Source of the DNA: a bacterium
GTDB taxonomy: Bacteria > UBA8248
NCBI GenBank assembly: GCA_965202625.1
Contig: CBDBBI010000010.1
Location: forward strand, 1,664,001-1,728,000
Reading direction: 5' to 3'
DNA length: 64,000 bases
Each line of letters opens with the position of its first letter. Within the stretch, counting starts at the first letter, position 1. The notes under the pieces are model-generated. The model was not told the origin of the DNA. It searched no databases and worked only from the letters and a program-made list of their open reading frames with translations. Positions 20,820 to 30,194 of the stretch are shown here, in pieces. A program made the translations under genes and the position numbers.

Positions 20820-21962
20820 TTGGGGCTATCAATCAAAGAACGCGATCGTCGCCATGCAAACATCAGAGCGCGGATGGAGAGCGAGGGTCTGGACGTCCTC
20901 TTCGTCTACGGGAACAGCGGCCGCCAGGGGCCGCGCTCTGGGAATCTAGCCTACGTCAGCAATTTCATCTCGTTTTCCGGGCAACAAATTCTGGTTTTCC
21001 CGCGCGAGGCGGAACCCGTCCTGTTCGTGGGGGTGGAGAACCAACGAATCGAGTCCTTGAGAAACGGCTGGATTTCCGACACCCGCTGCGAGGCCATGGC
21101 GCCCGTTCCAACCCAAGCGTCCCGCTATGTGAACGAAATCTCCACCTCCAGCGCGAGAATCGGCATTTCCTCTCTCGCCACCATCCCCGTGGCCTGGTAT
21201 CAGCAGCTCCAAGATCAGGTGAGGACGAAACAATGGGTGGAGGCGGGCGACCTGATCTGGGAGTTGCGTCTAGTGCAGAGCGAAGAGGAGATCAGCATGT
21301 CGCGCCACGCGGCCGCGCTTGGCGACAGGGTGTGGGATCATCTCCGAGACTTCGTTCACGAAGGCGTGACGGAACTCGATATCCGGGCGGAGATGGACCG
21401 GGTGATCATCCCCGAGGGCGGGACAGAAAACTTCAACATGATGGGCCTAGGGAGTATGTCCAACGGCGGCGAGTCGCCCTGGGGCTACGTCATCCCCCAA
21501 ACCGATCGTCCCATCAGGCGGGGCGACGCCGTCCTGCTGGAGATTTCCCCACGCGTCCAGGGATATTGGAACCAGATCGTACGGGTTCTTGCATTGGGCG
21601 AGCCGGAGAAGTGGCTTATTGACGCCCACCAAATTGTGCGGGAGGCGCGCGACGCTTCGCTGGAGCACCTCAAGCCGGGAGAACCGATGGTGGGCATGGT
21701 CAAGGCGATGAACGAGGTTTTCAGGAAGCACGGGCGTGAAGTATGGCCTTATGGCTTGGTTCACCTCACGGGCCTAGACCTCACGGATTACATGATCACG
21801 CCGGTATCTGAGGGAGAGATAACCCCCGGAATGGTGGTGACGACGCATCCCATGTTCAACCTAGGGGTCAATCGTCAGATATTCTGGGGGGAAACCTATG
21901 TGGTCACGGACGATGGCTATGAACCATTGAACAAAAGTCCGGATGCGTTGGCTTGTCTGTGA
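20820..21962 (+). CDS. M24 (Xaa-Pro peptidase/creatinase fold) hydrolase with non-canonical metal ligands
   Basis: Creatinase-like N-terminus, SEEEI, EGVTELD, EISPRVQGYWNQIVR; TTG start after AGGAGG. Confidence 0.8.
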   Translation: MGLSIKERDRRHANIRARMESEGLDVLFVYGNSGRQGPRSGNLAYVSNFISFSGQQILVFPREAEPVLFVGVENQRIESLRNGWISDTRCEAMAPVPTQASRYVNEISTSSARIGISSLATIPVAWYQQLQDQVRTKQWVEAGDLIWELRLVQSEEEISMSRHAAALGDRVWDHLRDFVHEGVTELDIRAEMDRVIIPEGGTENFNMMGLGSMSNGGESPWGYVIPQTDRPIRRGDAVLLEISPRVQGYWNQIVRVLALGEPEKWLIDAHQIVREARDASLEHLKPGEPMVGMVKAMNEVFRKHGREVWPYGLVHLTGLDLTDYMITPVSEGEITPGMVVTTHPMFNLGVNRQIFWGETYVVTDDGYEPLNKSPDALACL

Positions 21963-21999
21963 AAATTTTTTAATTCTTACCCAAAGGGAGGAATTCGAG

Positions 22000-23514
22000 A
22001 TGAGGAGATATGGGCTTTGGATGCTCGTTTGGGTGTTGTTGTTGCTTCCCGCGAGTGCGAAAGCGGCACCGACGGGAAAGGTAGTGTTGGGCATGGCGGG
22101 CTCCTTGACCACGTTTGATCCGCACACCTTCAGTTCCTTACCACTATCGATGCACCACCCGAACGTTTTCGAGACGCTGCTCAGCCGGGCACCTGACGGT
22201 TCCATGAGGAGCCAACTCGCCGAGAGCTACACAATGGTGAGTCCCAAGGTGTGGGAGTTCAAGATTCGCAAGGGAGTGAAATTCAGCAATGGAGACGCGC
22301 TGGACGCGGAGGCCGTGAAGTTCAGTTTCGAGCGGATTCTCGACCCGAAAATGAAGTCGAGGCAATATCGCTATTTCAAGAGCATCGCGAGCGTGGAGGT
22401 GGTCGACGACCATACGGTTCGGATTCACACGAAAGAACCGGACCCCATGCTCCCACCCTTTATGGCGATCTACGGCTTCATCGTGCCGCCGAAGTATTAC
22501 AAGAAACACGAGAAAAAATATCTCTCCCGCCATCCGGTGGGCAGCGGCCCATTCGTGATGAAGAAATGGCGAAAAGGTCAGGAAGTCGTCTACGAGGCCA
22601 ACCCCAACGCCTGGCGAAAGCCCAAGGTGAAGACGGCGGTCGTGAAATTCATCCCTGAGTCCACCACGCGTGTCTCCGCGCTCATATCGGGCGACGTCGA
22701 CATCATCGACAACCTGCCCCCGGGGCTGAGCGACCGGGTACAGGCGAGCGGCAAAACACGCGTCATCGCCAAGCAATCGCCGCGCACCAACTACATCCTG
22801 ATGGTGATCAAAGAGGGCGCGCCCTGGACGGACGTGAGAGTCCGCAAGGCCATGAACTTGGCGATTGACCGCAACGCCATCACCAAGAACGTGATGATGG
22901 GCTTCGCCAAGCCGGTGGCGATAATTCAAGGCCCCGCCAGCTTCGGCTACAACCCGGAGCTCGAACCCTACCCCTATGACCCCGCCCAGGCGAAGAAACT
23001 GCTTGCCGAGGCCGGATACCCGAAAGGATTTTCCTTTGACGTGTATATTCCCCGTGGGCGCTTCATGATGGGCAAAGAGGCACTTGAGGGCATCGCCGGC
23101 CAGTGGGCACAGGTGGGGCTCAGGGCGAACGTTCGCGTGATGGAATGGGGCGCGATGAAAAAGATTATATTCAGCAAGTACAAAGAAAACGTGAAACCGT
23201 TTTTGTACTATCTGGCGCGAATGAACACGGCGTTCAGTGCCGAGCACATGTTCGCCGGTGCGATCAGCAGCCGCTCGGCCTACGGCGGATTCCGTGACAA
23301 GGCGGTGGACATGATGATAAACGACGCGCGCGCCACCCTGGAGAATAAGACGAGGGAGAAGAAATATCAGGAGATCGCCCGCGTTCTGCGGGACGAGAAG
23401 GTACCGATCATTCCGCTGTATCAGACTTTCCGCATATTCGGCGCCAACATGAAAATCGACTGGCAACCGCGTGCCGACGGGAAATTGATAGCCGCTGAGG
23501 TCGGCTTCAAGTGA
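22000..23514 (+). CDS. ABC transporter substrate-binding protein, family 5 (peptide/nickel)
   Basis: Signal peptide, FDPH, KIRKGVKFSNG, PVGSGPF, DVRVRKAMNLAIDR, YPYDPAQAKKLLAEAGY. Confidence 0.92.
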   Translation: MRRYGLWMLVWVLLLLPASAKAAPTGKVVLGMAGSLTTFDPHTFSSLPLSMHHPNVFETLLSRAPDGSMRSQLAESYTMVSPKVWEFKIRKGVKFSNGDALDAEAVKFSFERILDPKMKSRQYRYFKSIASVEVVDDHTVRIHTKEPDPMLPPFMAIYGFIVPPKYYKKHEKKYLSRHPVGSGPFVMKKWRKGQEVVYEANPNAWRKPKVKTAVVKFIPESTTRVSALISGDVDIIDNLPPGLSDRVQASGKTRVIAKQSPRTNYILMVIKEGAPWTDVRVRKAMNLAIDRNAITKNVMMGFAKPVAIIQGPASFGYNPELEPYPYDPAQAKKLLAEAGYPKGFSFDVYIPRGRFMMGKEALEGIAGQWAQVGLRANVRVMEWGAMKKIIFSKYKENVKPFLYYLARMNTAFSAEHMFAGAISSRSAYGGFRDKAVDMMINDARATLENKTREKKYQEIARVLRDEKVPIIPLYQTFRIFGANMKIDWQPRADGKLIAAEVGFK

Positions 23515-23698
23515 GGTCCGACGACTTCAAGTTCAGGAGACGCTCCGGCCAAGGGTGGGAATAGACTTCGTCCTGGCCAACGCCATCATGAGAACAAGGC
23601 GCGTCCCCGCCGCCAAAGCAGCCGTCGATGGGGCGCGTCTCCGGCGAAGCGGACCTCGTTGCCGCAAGAAGCATTCCTCACTCTGAGGCAGCTTTTAG

Positions 23699-24616
23699 AT
23701 GGCTAGGTATGTTTGCAAGCGCTCGATTCAGGCGATAGCCCTCATCAAGTGCGTCATGGTCATCGTGTTTTTTCTCCTTCACATGACGGGCGACCCCGTC
23801 GTGGTGATGCTTGACATGGACGCGACCCAGGAGGACATCGATCACCTAAGAAAACTCATGGGCTTCGACCAGCCGCTCTACGTCCAGTACGCGCGCTTTT
23901 TCCTGAACGCCTTGCAGGGGGATTTCGGCGAATCCACCGAACACGGCGAATCGGCCATGGGGCTTGTTCTGGAGCATTTTCCGGCGACGATAGAGATGGC
24001 CGGCGGAGCCTTCGCCTTCGCCGTGCTCATCGGTATTCCTTTTGGCTGCCTAGCCGCTTTCAAGGAAGGGTCGATTTACGACAAAAGCTGCGTCGGCGTC
24101 ACAGTGCTGATCCAGGCGATCCCCGATTTTTGGCTGGCGATCATGTTCATCATGTTCTTCTCCGTAACGCTGGGGCTTTTGCCCTCTTTCGGTCGCGGCG
24201 GTTGGGATCATTTCATAATGCCGGCCTTCGTCGCATCCACGTATCACCTCGCCCGCCTAGCGAGACTGATGCGCTCCCAAATGCTCGAGGTGATGCGTCA
24301 GGACTACATCACGACGGCGCGCGCGAAGGGGCTGAGCGAAAAAATCGTGCTCATGGTTCACGCCCTCAAGAACTCATCCATTCCCATCGTCACCGTCATG
24401 GGGCTGGATTTGGGAATACTCCTTGGGGGAACGGTGATCATCGAGGTAGTCTTCGCCTGGCCAGGAGTCGGACGTCTGGTGGTCGAGGCGATAGCGAACC
24501 GCGATTTTCCGATCGTCCAGTCCGCCGTGTTCATCCTGGCGTCCGGGTTCGTGCTCATCAATTTGACGGTGGACCTCGTCTACGCTTATCTAGACCCTAG
24601 GATTTCATACGAATGA
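23699..24616 (+). CDS. ABC transporter permease (DppB-like)
   Basis: GFDQPLYVQY, QDYITTARAKGL, FAWPGVG, YAYLDPRI. Confidence 0.92.
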   Translation: MARYVCKRSIQAIALIKCVMVIVFFLLHMTGDPVVVMLDMDATQEDIDHLRKLMGFDQPLYVQYARFFLNALQGDFGESTEHGESAMGLVLEHFPATIEMAGGAFAFAVLIGIPFGCLAAFKEGSIYDKSCVGVTVLIQAIPDFWLAIMFIMFFSVTLGLLPSFGRGGWDHFIMPAFVASTYHLARLARLMRSQMLEVMRQDYITTARAKGLSEKIVLMVHALKNSSIPIVTVMGLDLGILLGGTVIIEVVFAWPGVGRLVVEAIANRDFPIVQSAVFILASGFVLINLTVDLVYAYLDPRISYE

Positions 24617-24624
24617 GACAATAG

Positions 24625-25518
24625 ATGCCCCTCGTCCAAGAGTCGGCCGATTGCGAGGAACTGCCCGAGCGCGCAAGGGTATGGGAATCCCTGCGAAAGG
24701 ATAAATCCGCCCTCCTCGGCTGTGCGATTCTGGCATCCGTGGTGATGATGGCGGTATTCGCCCCCCTCATCGCACCGATGGACCCGCAGGCACAACTCCT
24801 GAGCCGAAACCTCAAGCCGCCCCTTTGGTCGGACGGCGAGAAAATCTTTCTCCTCGGCACGGACCATCTGGGCCGAGACTTCCTGAGCCGGTTGATCTAC
24901 GGCGCGCGCATCTCTCTCATGGTCGGCTTCTTCGCCGTCCTGCTCACAGGATGCTTCGGGCTTTTCGTCGGCTTGGTGTCCGGGTATTTTGGCGGGAAAG
25001 TGGATTTTCTGCTTATGCGACTCGTGGACTTGGTTCTCTCCTTTCCGTTCATATTGCTGGCACTCGCGACCATCGCCATCGTGGGACCGAGCCTGGTCGT
25101 GCTGATCCTGGTGATGTCGATGCGCATCTGGGTCATCTACGCTCGCGTCGTGCGCGGCGAGGTGCTCACGCTGCGCGAGCAGGAGTTCGTTCAGGCCGCG
25201 CGGAGCATCGGCGGCAGCCATTTTCGCGTCATCGTTCGCCACATTCTTCCGAACGTCTTAGCACCCGTCATTATCATCGCCTCTCTATATCTGGGTCGGA
25301 TGATCATTATTGAGGCAGGTTTGAGCTTTCTCGGTCTGGGCGTCCCCCCGCCTACGCCCACATGGGGCGGTTTGCTCAGCGACGGGAAGGTGCACCTCTA
25401 TACCTCCTGGTGGGTCGTCACCCTGCCCGGCTTGGCCATCACGGTGACGGTTCTGGGAGCAAACCTGGTCGGCGACTGGCTCAGAAACGCGCTGGACCCC
25501 CGCTTGAAATCGGTGTGA
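24625..25518 (+). CDS. ABC transporter permease (DppC-like)
   Basis: LGTDHLGRD, YGARISL, RHILPN, GLSFLGLGV, GDWLRNALDP. Confidence 0.92.
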   Translation: MPLVQESADCEELPERARVWESLRKDKSALLGCAILASVVMMAVFAPLIAPMDPQAQLLSRNLKPPLWSDGEKIFLLGTDHLGRDFLSRLIYGARISLMVGFFAVLLTGCFGLFVGLVSGYFGGKVDFLLMRLVDLVLSFPFILLALATIAIVGPSLVVLILVMSMRIWVIYARVVRGEVLTLREQEFVQAARSIGGSHFRVIVRHILPNVLAPVIIIASLYLGRMIIIEAGLSFLGLGVPPPTPTWGGLLSDGKVHLYTSWWVVTLPGLAITVTVLGANLVGDWLRNALDPRLKSV

Positions 25519-25554
25519 GTTTTGAAGAGATGAAGAGATAAGGAGAAAAACCCG

Positions 25555-26586
25555 ATGGTCGATCCCCTGAGAGTGGCTGTGGTCGGGCTGGGACGCTGGG
25601 GCAACACTTTGGCGTCTCAAATCATCAAAACGCCCGGAATGGAAATCGCCACGTGCTTCACGAGAACGCCCGAGAAGCGTCGGGCGTTCAGCCAGAAATT
25701 CTCATGCGGCGCGGAGGAGAGCTACGAGGCGGTGCTCAACGACCCAAGCGTGGACGCCGTGGTCATCTCTGCACCCAACAACCGCCACGCGGAGCTCGCC
25801 GTTGCGGCGGCGGCGCGTGGAAAGCACGTGTTCGTCGACAAGCCCATCGCCGCCTCCATACCGGACGCGAAGAAAATGATCCGCGCCTGCGAGGATGGGG
25901 GTGTCACCCTCGCCGTGGGCGCGAGCTCGAGAAGACTCAAAGGCCATCGCCTTTTCAAAAAACTGCTGGATGAAGGCATCGTCGGAACCTTGGCGATGGC
26001 CGAGACCAACTACTCGAACGATCGGGGGCTTCACTACACGCCGGAGAACTGGCAATGGTACGCGGATGGCTCCCCCGGCGGCCCCCTGCTCCAGGTGGCC
26101 ATCCACCAAGTGGACAACCTTTTGTATCTATACGGGCCGATCAAGCGCGCGTCGGCAGCGTTCTGCAAATTGAAGACAAAATCGGAGATACCCGACGTGA
26201 GCGTCGTCTGGTTCGAATTCGAATCGGGCCTGCTCGGCACCTTGGGGACGAGCTTCATCAGCCCGCGCACGCCGAATGGACGATACACCTATTTCATGAA
26301 CGCCTATGGGGATGAGGCGAACCTCTACCACGACAGATGGGAGGGAATAAAAATCCTAAAAAAAGACGGCGAGAAGCGCGAGGAAATTCCCTACGAGGAA
26401 TATCCTGGACACGATTACCTCGCCGAGGAATTCGAAGATTTCCTCGGCGCCGTTCGAGACAAGCGCCCACCTGAGGTCGGCGGCCCTGAGGGGCTTCACG
26501 TTCTTGGCGCCGTGTGGGCGGCCATGCGTTCATGGGAGCGGGGTGCGACCGTAGAGGTGGCAGAAGTGCTTGAGGAAGACGACTAG
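25555..26586 (+). CDS. Gfo/Idh/MocA family oxidoreductase
   Basis: VVGLGRWG, GKHVFVDKP, GGPLLQVAIHQVD. Confidence 0.88.
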   Translation: MVDPLRVAVVGLGRWGNTLASQIIKTPGMEIATCFTRTPEKRRAFSQKFSCGAEESYEAVLNDPSVDAVVISAPNNRHAELAVAAAARGKHVFVDKPIAASIPDAKKMIRACEDGGVTLAVGASSRRLKGHRLFKKLLDEGIVGTLAMAETNYSNDRGLHYTPENWQWYADGSPGGPLLQVAIHQVDNLLYLYGPIKRASAAFCKLKTKSEIPDVSVVWFEFESGLLGTLGTSFISPRTPNGRYTYFMNAYGDEANLYHDRWEGIKILKKDGEKREEIPYEEYPGHDYLAEEFEDFLGAVRDKRPPEVGGPEGLHVLGAVWAAMRSWERGATVEVAEVLEEDD

Positions 26587-26642
26587 ACGCGAACGGCTAA
26601 GGCGGGGGCGGCCCGTCCCATTATTCCGAAGGAAGGAGACTC

Positions 26643-27920
26643 ATGTACGACTACCGGATGACAGATGTGCAAAAAGAATATCAAAGAATCGCGCATGAAT
26701 TCGCGCGGGATGAGATCAGGCCCATAAGCCTGGCACTCGACCATGAGGAAGACCCGTTCAAATGCGCCTATATGCCCCACCTTCTCGAGAAGCTCGACAA
26801 ATGCGGTCTGAGAACGATGAGCATACCCGAGGAATACGGCGGCGGCGGCGTCAATGACCTCCTCACGCACTGCATCGTGGGCGAGGAGATATCTTGGGGG
26901 GATAGAGGGGCCACGGGGTTTATGCTCTCCTCCACAAAGATATCCCACATCCTGACGAGCGAGCTTCTGGGGGACCCGGAGCTGGCGGACTACTGGATGC
27001 GGGAGTACGTGAACGACCCCACGTTCCTCATCGGCACGGCGACGACGGAGCCCGCCTCCGGCTCGGAGAATCAGATTCCCTACAATGGGGCGGACGGCGG
27101 ATATCAGACCACCGCCGCGCTTGAGGGCGACAACTACATCGTCAACGGAAAAAAACATTTCATCTCCAACGTGGGCTGGGCGCGCCTCATGTTCACGTTC
27201 GTTCGCACGAACCCCGACGTGGGCGTCGAGCAGGGCGCCTCCCTCCTCATGGTACCCATGGACGCCCCCGGCGTTCGGATGGGCAAGGTGCACAACAAGA
27301 TGGGCTATCGCCTGAACCAGAACGCCGAGATCATCTTCGATAACGCAGTGATTCCCACGAAATACCGCCTCGGCCCGGAGAACTGCGGCGTTTCGTACAT
27401 CAGACGCCACCTGCGCGGCGACGCCCTCATCAACGCGGCGGGCCAGATCGGCGTGGCGCGCGCCGCCTACGAGAAGTCGCTGGAATTCGCGCAAAGCCGT
27501 ATCCAAAGCGGACGTCCCATCGCCGAGCACCAGTCAATCGGCTTCAAACTCGTGGACATGTACACCAAAATTCAAGCGGCGCGCGCCTACGTCCATCACG
27601 CGGCATGGCGTCAGGACATGCGCCATGAAATTCCGATCGACCCGCCCATGACTCTCTCCGCCAGCGCGTTCGCTCATGAGATATCCTGCGACGTCACAAA
27701 GATGGCGATGGAAATACACGCGGGCGTAGGCGTGCAGCGCGAAAACTTCCTGGAGAAATGGTTTCGGGACACGCACAACATGCTTTTCTCCAGCGACGGG
27801 GGCAACAACATGAAGAAGGTGCGGGCGATGTACGCCATCACCGGCCAGTGGGGGGCACGGAGCGAGGAGGAGAATCCGGTGCCCGGCGGCGCGTACGTCT
27901 CCGCCGGGGACGGCCTCTAG
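26643..27920 (+). CDS. Acyl-CoA dehydrogenase family protein
   Basis: IPEEYGGGG, TEPASGS, VNGKKHFISN, RIQSGRPIAEHQ. Confidence 0.9.
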   Translation: MYDYRMTDVQKEYQRIAHEFARDEIRPISLALDHEEDPFKCAYMPHLLEKLDKCGLRTMSIPEEYGGGGVNDLLTHCIVGEEISWGDRGATGFMLSSTKISHILTSELLGDPELADYWMREYVNDPTFLIGTATTEPASGSENQIPYNGADGGYQTTAALEGDNYIVNGKKHFISNVGWARLMFTFVRTNPDVGVEQGASLLMVPMDAPGVRMGKVHNKMGYRLNQNAEIIFDNAVIPTKYRLGPENCGVSYIRRHLRGDALINAAGQIGVARAAYEKSLEFAQSRIQSGRPIAEHQSIGFKLVDMYTKIQAARAYVHHAAWRQDMRHEIPIDPPMTLSASAFAHEISCDVTKMAMEIHAGVGVQRENFLEKWFRDTHNMLFSSDGGNNMKKVRAMYAITGQWGARSEEENPVPGGAYVSAGDGL

Positions 27921-27951
27921 GCTTCCCGCCTAGGACAAAGGAGGAAAAAGC

Positions 27952-28353
27952 ATGGCCGCGCGAACCCATCACGTTCACCATGTCGCCAAGGACCCGCAGG
28001 CGGCGGCGGAATTCTACGTCAACCACTTCGGCGGAGAGCTGTTCACGCCTGAGATTGAATACCGGGGTTCTCCCTATATCAGCGTGATGCTCGGAGAAGT
28101 GGAGATTCGCATTCGTGGGCTAAGACCCGATGAGGACGACGCGACGGCGCAAGTAGGGCGCGGCCTCCACCATTTCGGGATTCAGGTGGAAAAACTTGAT
28201 GTGTTCGCCGAGCGTCTGGAGAAAGCAGGCGTCGTCTTCACCAAAAAACCGGGAGAGGGCGTTCTCGGCTCGAGAACGGCCTTCATCAAGGCGCCCGACA
28301 ACGTCCTGATAGAACTGGTAGAGGAACACCAGGAAGGGGGTATAGGGGATTGA
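27952..28353 (+). CDS. VOC (glyoxalase/bleomycin resistance) family protein
   Basis: HHVH, GLHHFGIQV, AFIKAPDNVLIELVE. Confidence 0.88.
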   Translation: MAARTHHVHHVAKDPQAAAEFYVNHFGGELFTPEIEYRGSPYISVMLGEVEIRIRGLRPDEDDATAQVGRGLHHFGIQVEKLDVFAERLEKAGVVFTKKPGEGVLGSRTAFIKAPDNVLIELVEEHQEGGIGD

Positions 28354-28379
28354 ACGAGGATTCGTTCCATCCATCGCAA

Positions 28380-28550
28380 CTCTCACCATACGCCGCGCGA
28401 GAACGGAATGGAAGCGTGGGGAACGTGGCGTCTCTCCGCAAATATGCAGGCGCGACAATCTCTCCACGCCATCACATAGACGGAGACAAATCAAATGAAC
28501 GCGCAGCGAATTTCGCGCCCTATGCGTGGAGCGTCGTCATAAAGGACCAT
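28380..28550 (+). pseudogene. Decayed HNH nuclease fragment homologous to C-terminus of the 46791-47666 gene
   Basis: CGACAATCTCTCCACGC..CATAGACGGAGACAAATC..TTCGCGCCCTATGCGT aligns with CGACAATTTCTCCACGC..TATAAACGGCGATAAATC..TTCGCGCCCTATGCGT at about 47430-47506; HHIDGDKSN motif; frameshifts. Confidence 0.7.
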
Positions 28551-28642
28551 CGCGCTCCTTATCGCCAAAGGACTGAAGAAAGTTCGAGAAACATAAAAAG
28601 ACAAGTCGTTCATTCGCCCCTCGCATAGAGGAGAGAAGCCTG

Positions 28643-29863
28643 ATGCCAGGATTCGCACGTGGCCAGTTTATCGCCGACTACGAAGAGCGCGTCGATGTGA
28701 GCACACTTCGCCAAAAGCGCGTGGAGAAGGCGCAAAAAGCGATGGCCGAGGCGGGCGTCGACGCCCTATTCCTCTGGAAGGTGGAAAACGTGCGCTACCT
28801 CGCGAGCATGCGCTCCTCTTTCCTCGCGCACCGAGAAGGAACGAGAAACGCCGTCATCCTCTCCAGAGAGGGCAAGGCCCACGTCATGACGAACGGCGGG
28901 GAGATACCCCGCGTCTCGCGTGACATGCCCTGGATAGAAAAATTTCATCACCTCGCGAAGATGGAAGAGCAGCCGCTCGTGGACAAGATGGTGCGCGAGA
29001 CGCTGCGCCCCTTGTTCGAGGAAATGGACCTCATCGGAAAGAAAGTGGGGCTTGATCTGATGACGTTCATCCAGTTCAGCGCCTACCAGAGGTTTCTGGA
29101 CGATGTGGAGTTCGTGAACGGGGATTCATTCATGCACAAGGTGCGCCGGCACAAGATGCCGGAGGAAGTCTATATGATTCGAGAGGCGTGCGCGATCGCC
29201 GACGCAGTGAACGAGGAGGCCATGAGCAGCGTGCGAGCGGGAAAGCGCGAGTGCGACGTGGCCGCGGACGCGATGAAAGTCCTCCATCACTACGGAGGCG
29301 AAATGGCGCATCTCGTCTCCCCATTCGTCGCCTCGGGCGAGCACATGTCGCCGCCCTATCGCTTTGCGAGCGACAAAATCATCCGAAGCGGCGACCTTGT
29401 GTTCATCGACATCGGCGCGCAGTGGAACGGATACTTTGGGGACGTGGCCCGAACCACGATCTGTGGAAAACCATCCAGGCGGCAGAAGGAAATCTACACG
29501 GCCGTCCATGAGTCCCTCCAGTTGGGGCTAGAGCGCGCGCGGCCCGGCTACACGAACAAGCAGGTGGCCGAACGAATCTGGGAGACCGGCGAGAGGTATG
29601 GCCTGAGAAAAAACTGGTTCTCTCTGAGCATCGGCCACGCGGTGGGCACGTCACCCAACGAACCCCCCTACATCGGGGAGCCAGACCCGGACTCGGAGGA
29701 GGTCGCCCTGGAGCCGGGCATGGTGTTCGCCATCGAGCCGCTCATCTGGGTGCCGGACGTCACGGGAGGCGGCGGAGTGCGAATTGAGGAGACCGTGCTC
29801 ATCACGGAGGAGGGCAATGAGGTGTTGACGCGATCCCGTATGGAGGAGCGCCTGCTTCTTTGA
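28643..29863 (+). CDS. M24 family Xaa-Pro peptidase-like protein
   Basis: IDIGAQWNGYFGDVART, GHAVG, FAIEP, GVRIEETV. Confidence 0.88.
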   Translation: MPGFARGQFIADYEERVDVSTLRQKRVEKAQKAMAEAGVDALFLWKVENVRYLASMRSSFLAHREGTRNAVILSREGKAHVMTNGGEIPRVSRDMPWIEKFHHLAKMEEQPLVDKMVRETLRPLFEEMDLIGKKVGLDLMTFIQFSAYQRFLDDVEFVNGDSFMHKVRRHKMPEEVYMIREACAIADAVNEEAMSSVRAGKRECDVAADAMKVLHHYGGEMAHLVSPFVASGEHMSPPYRFASDKIIRSGDLVFIDIGAQWNGYFGDVARTTICGKPSRRQKEIYTAVHESLQLGLERARPGYTNKQVAERIWETGERYGLRKNWFSLSIGHAVGTSPNEPPYIGEPDPDSEEVALEPGMVFAIEPLIWVPDVTGGGGVRIEETVLITEEGNEVLTRSRMEERLLL

Positions 29864-30194
29864 GGCGCGGCAGCGGCGTATGCAGACGCAGACGAGTCGG
29901 CGGGAAGCGCCGGAAAACGTCCAGAAGCGCAAAAACGAAACCATGCCCTCCGCTTGACCCACATGGCCCTTTAGCGGGTTTATCGCGTCCGGCAAATTTC
30001 GCTAGCGGCCACCGCCGCGTATATGCTAGAAAGGAATTCCGCCTGAAAACGTGAGAGGACAGAGAGATTTCCACGGGGCGGAAAGCGACTACCTGTCCCG
30101 GGGCGGGAGCTTACCTGGAGAGGAACACGCTGCGCCGCTCGAGCACAGACAGGGTGACGCCGCCCAACGCCTGAGAAATGGACGCACCCTGAGA

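Noticed and set aside
30051-30194. Riboswitch or ncRNA upstream of malQ
   Set aside because: No recognisable consensus or convincing stems by eye.
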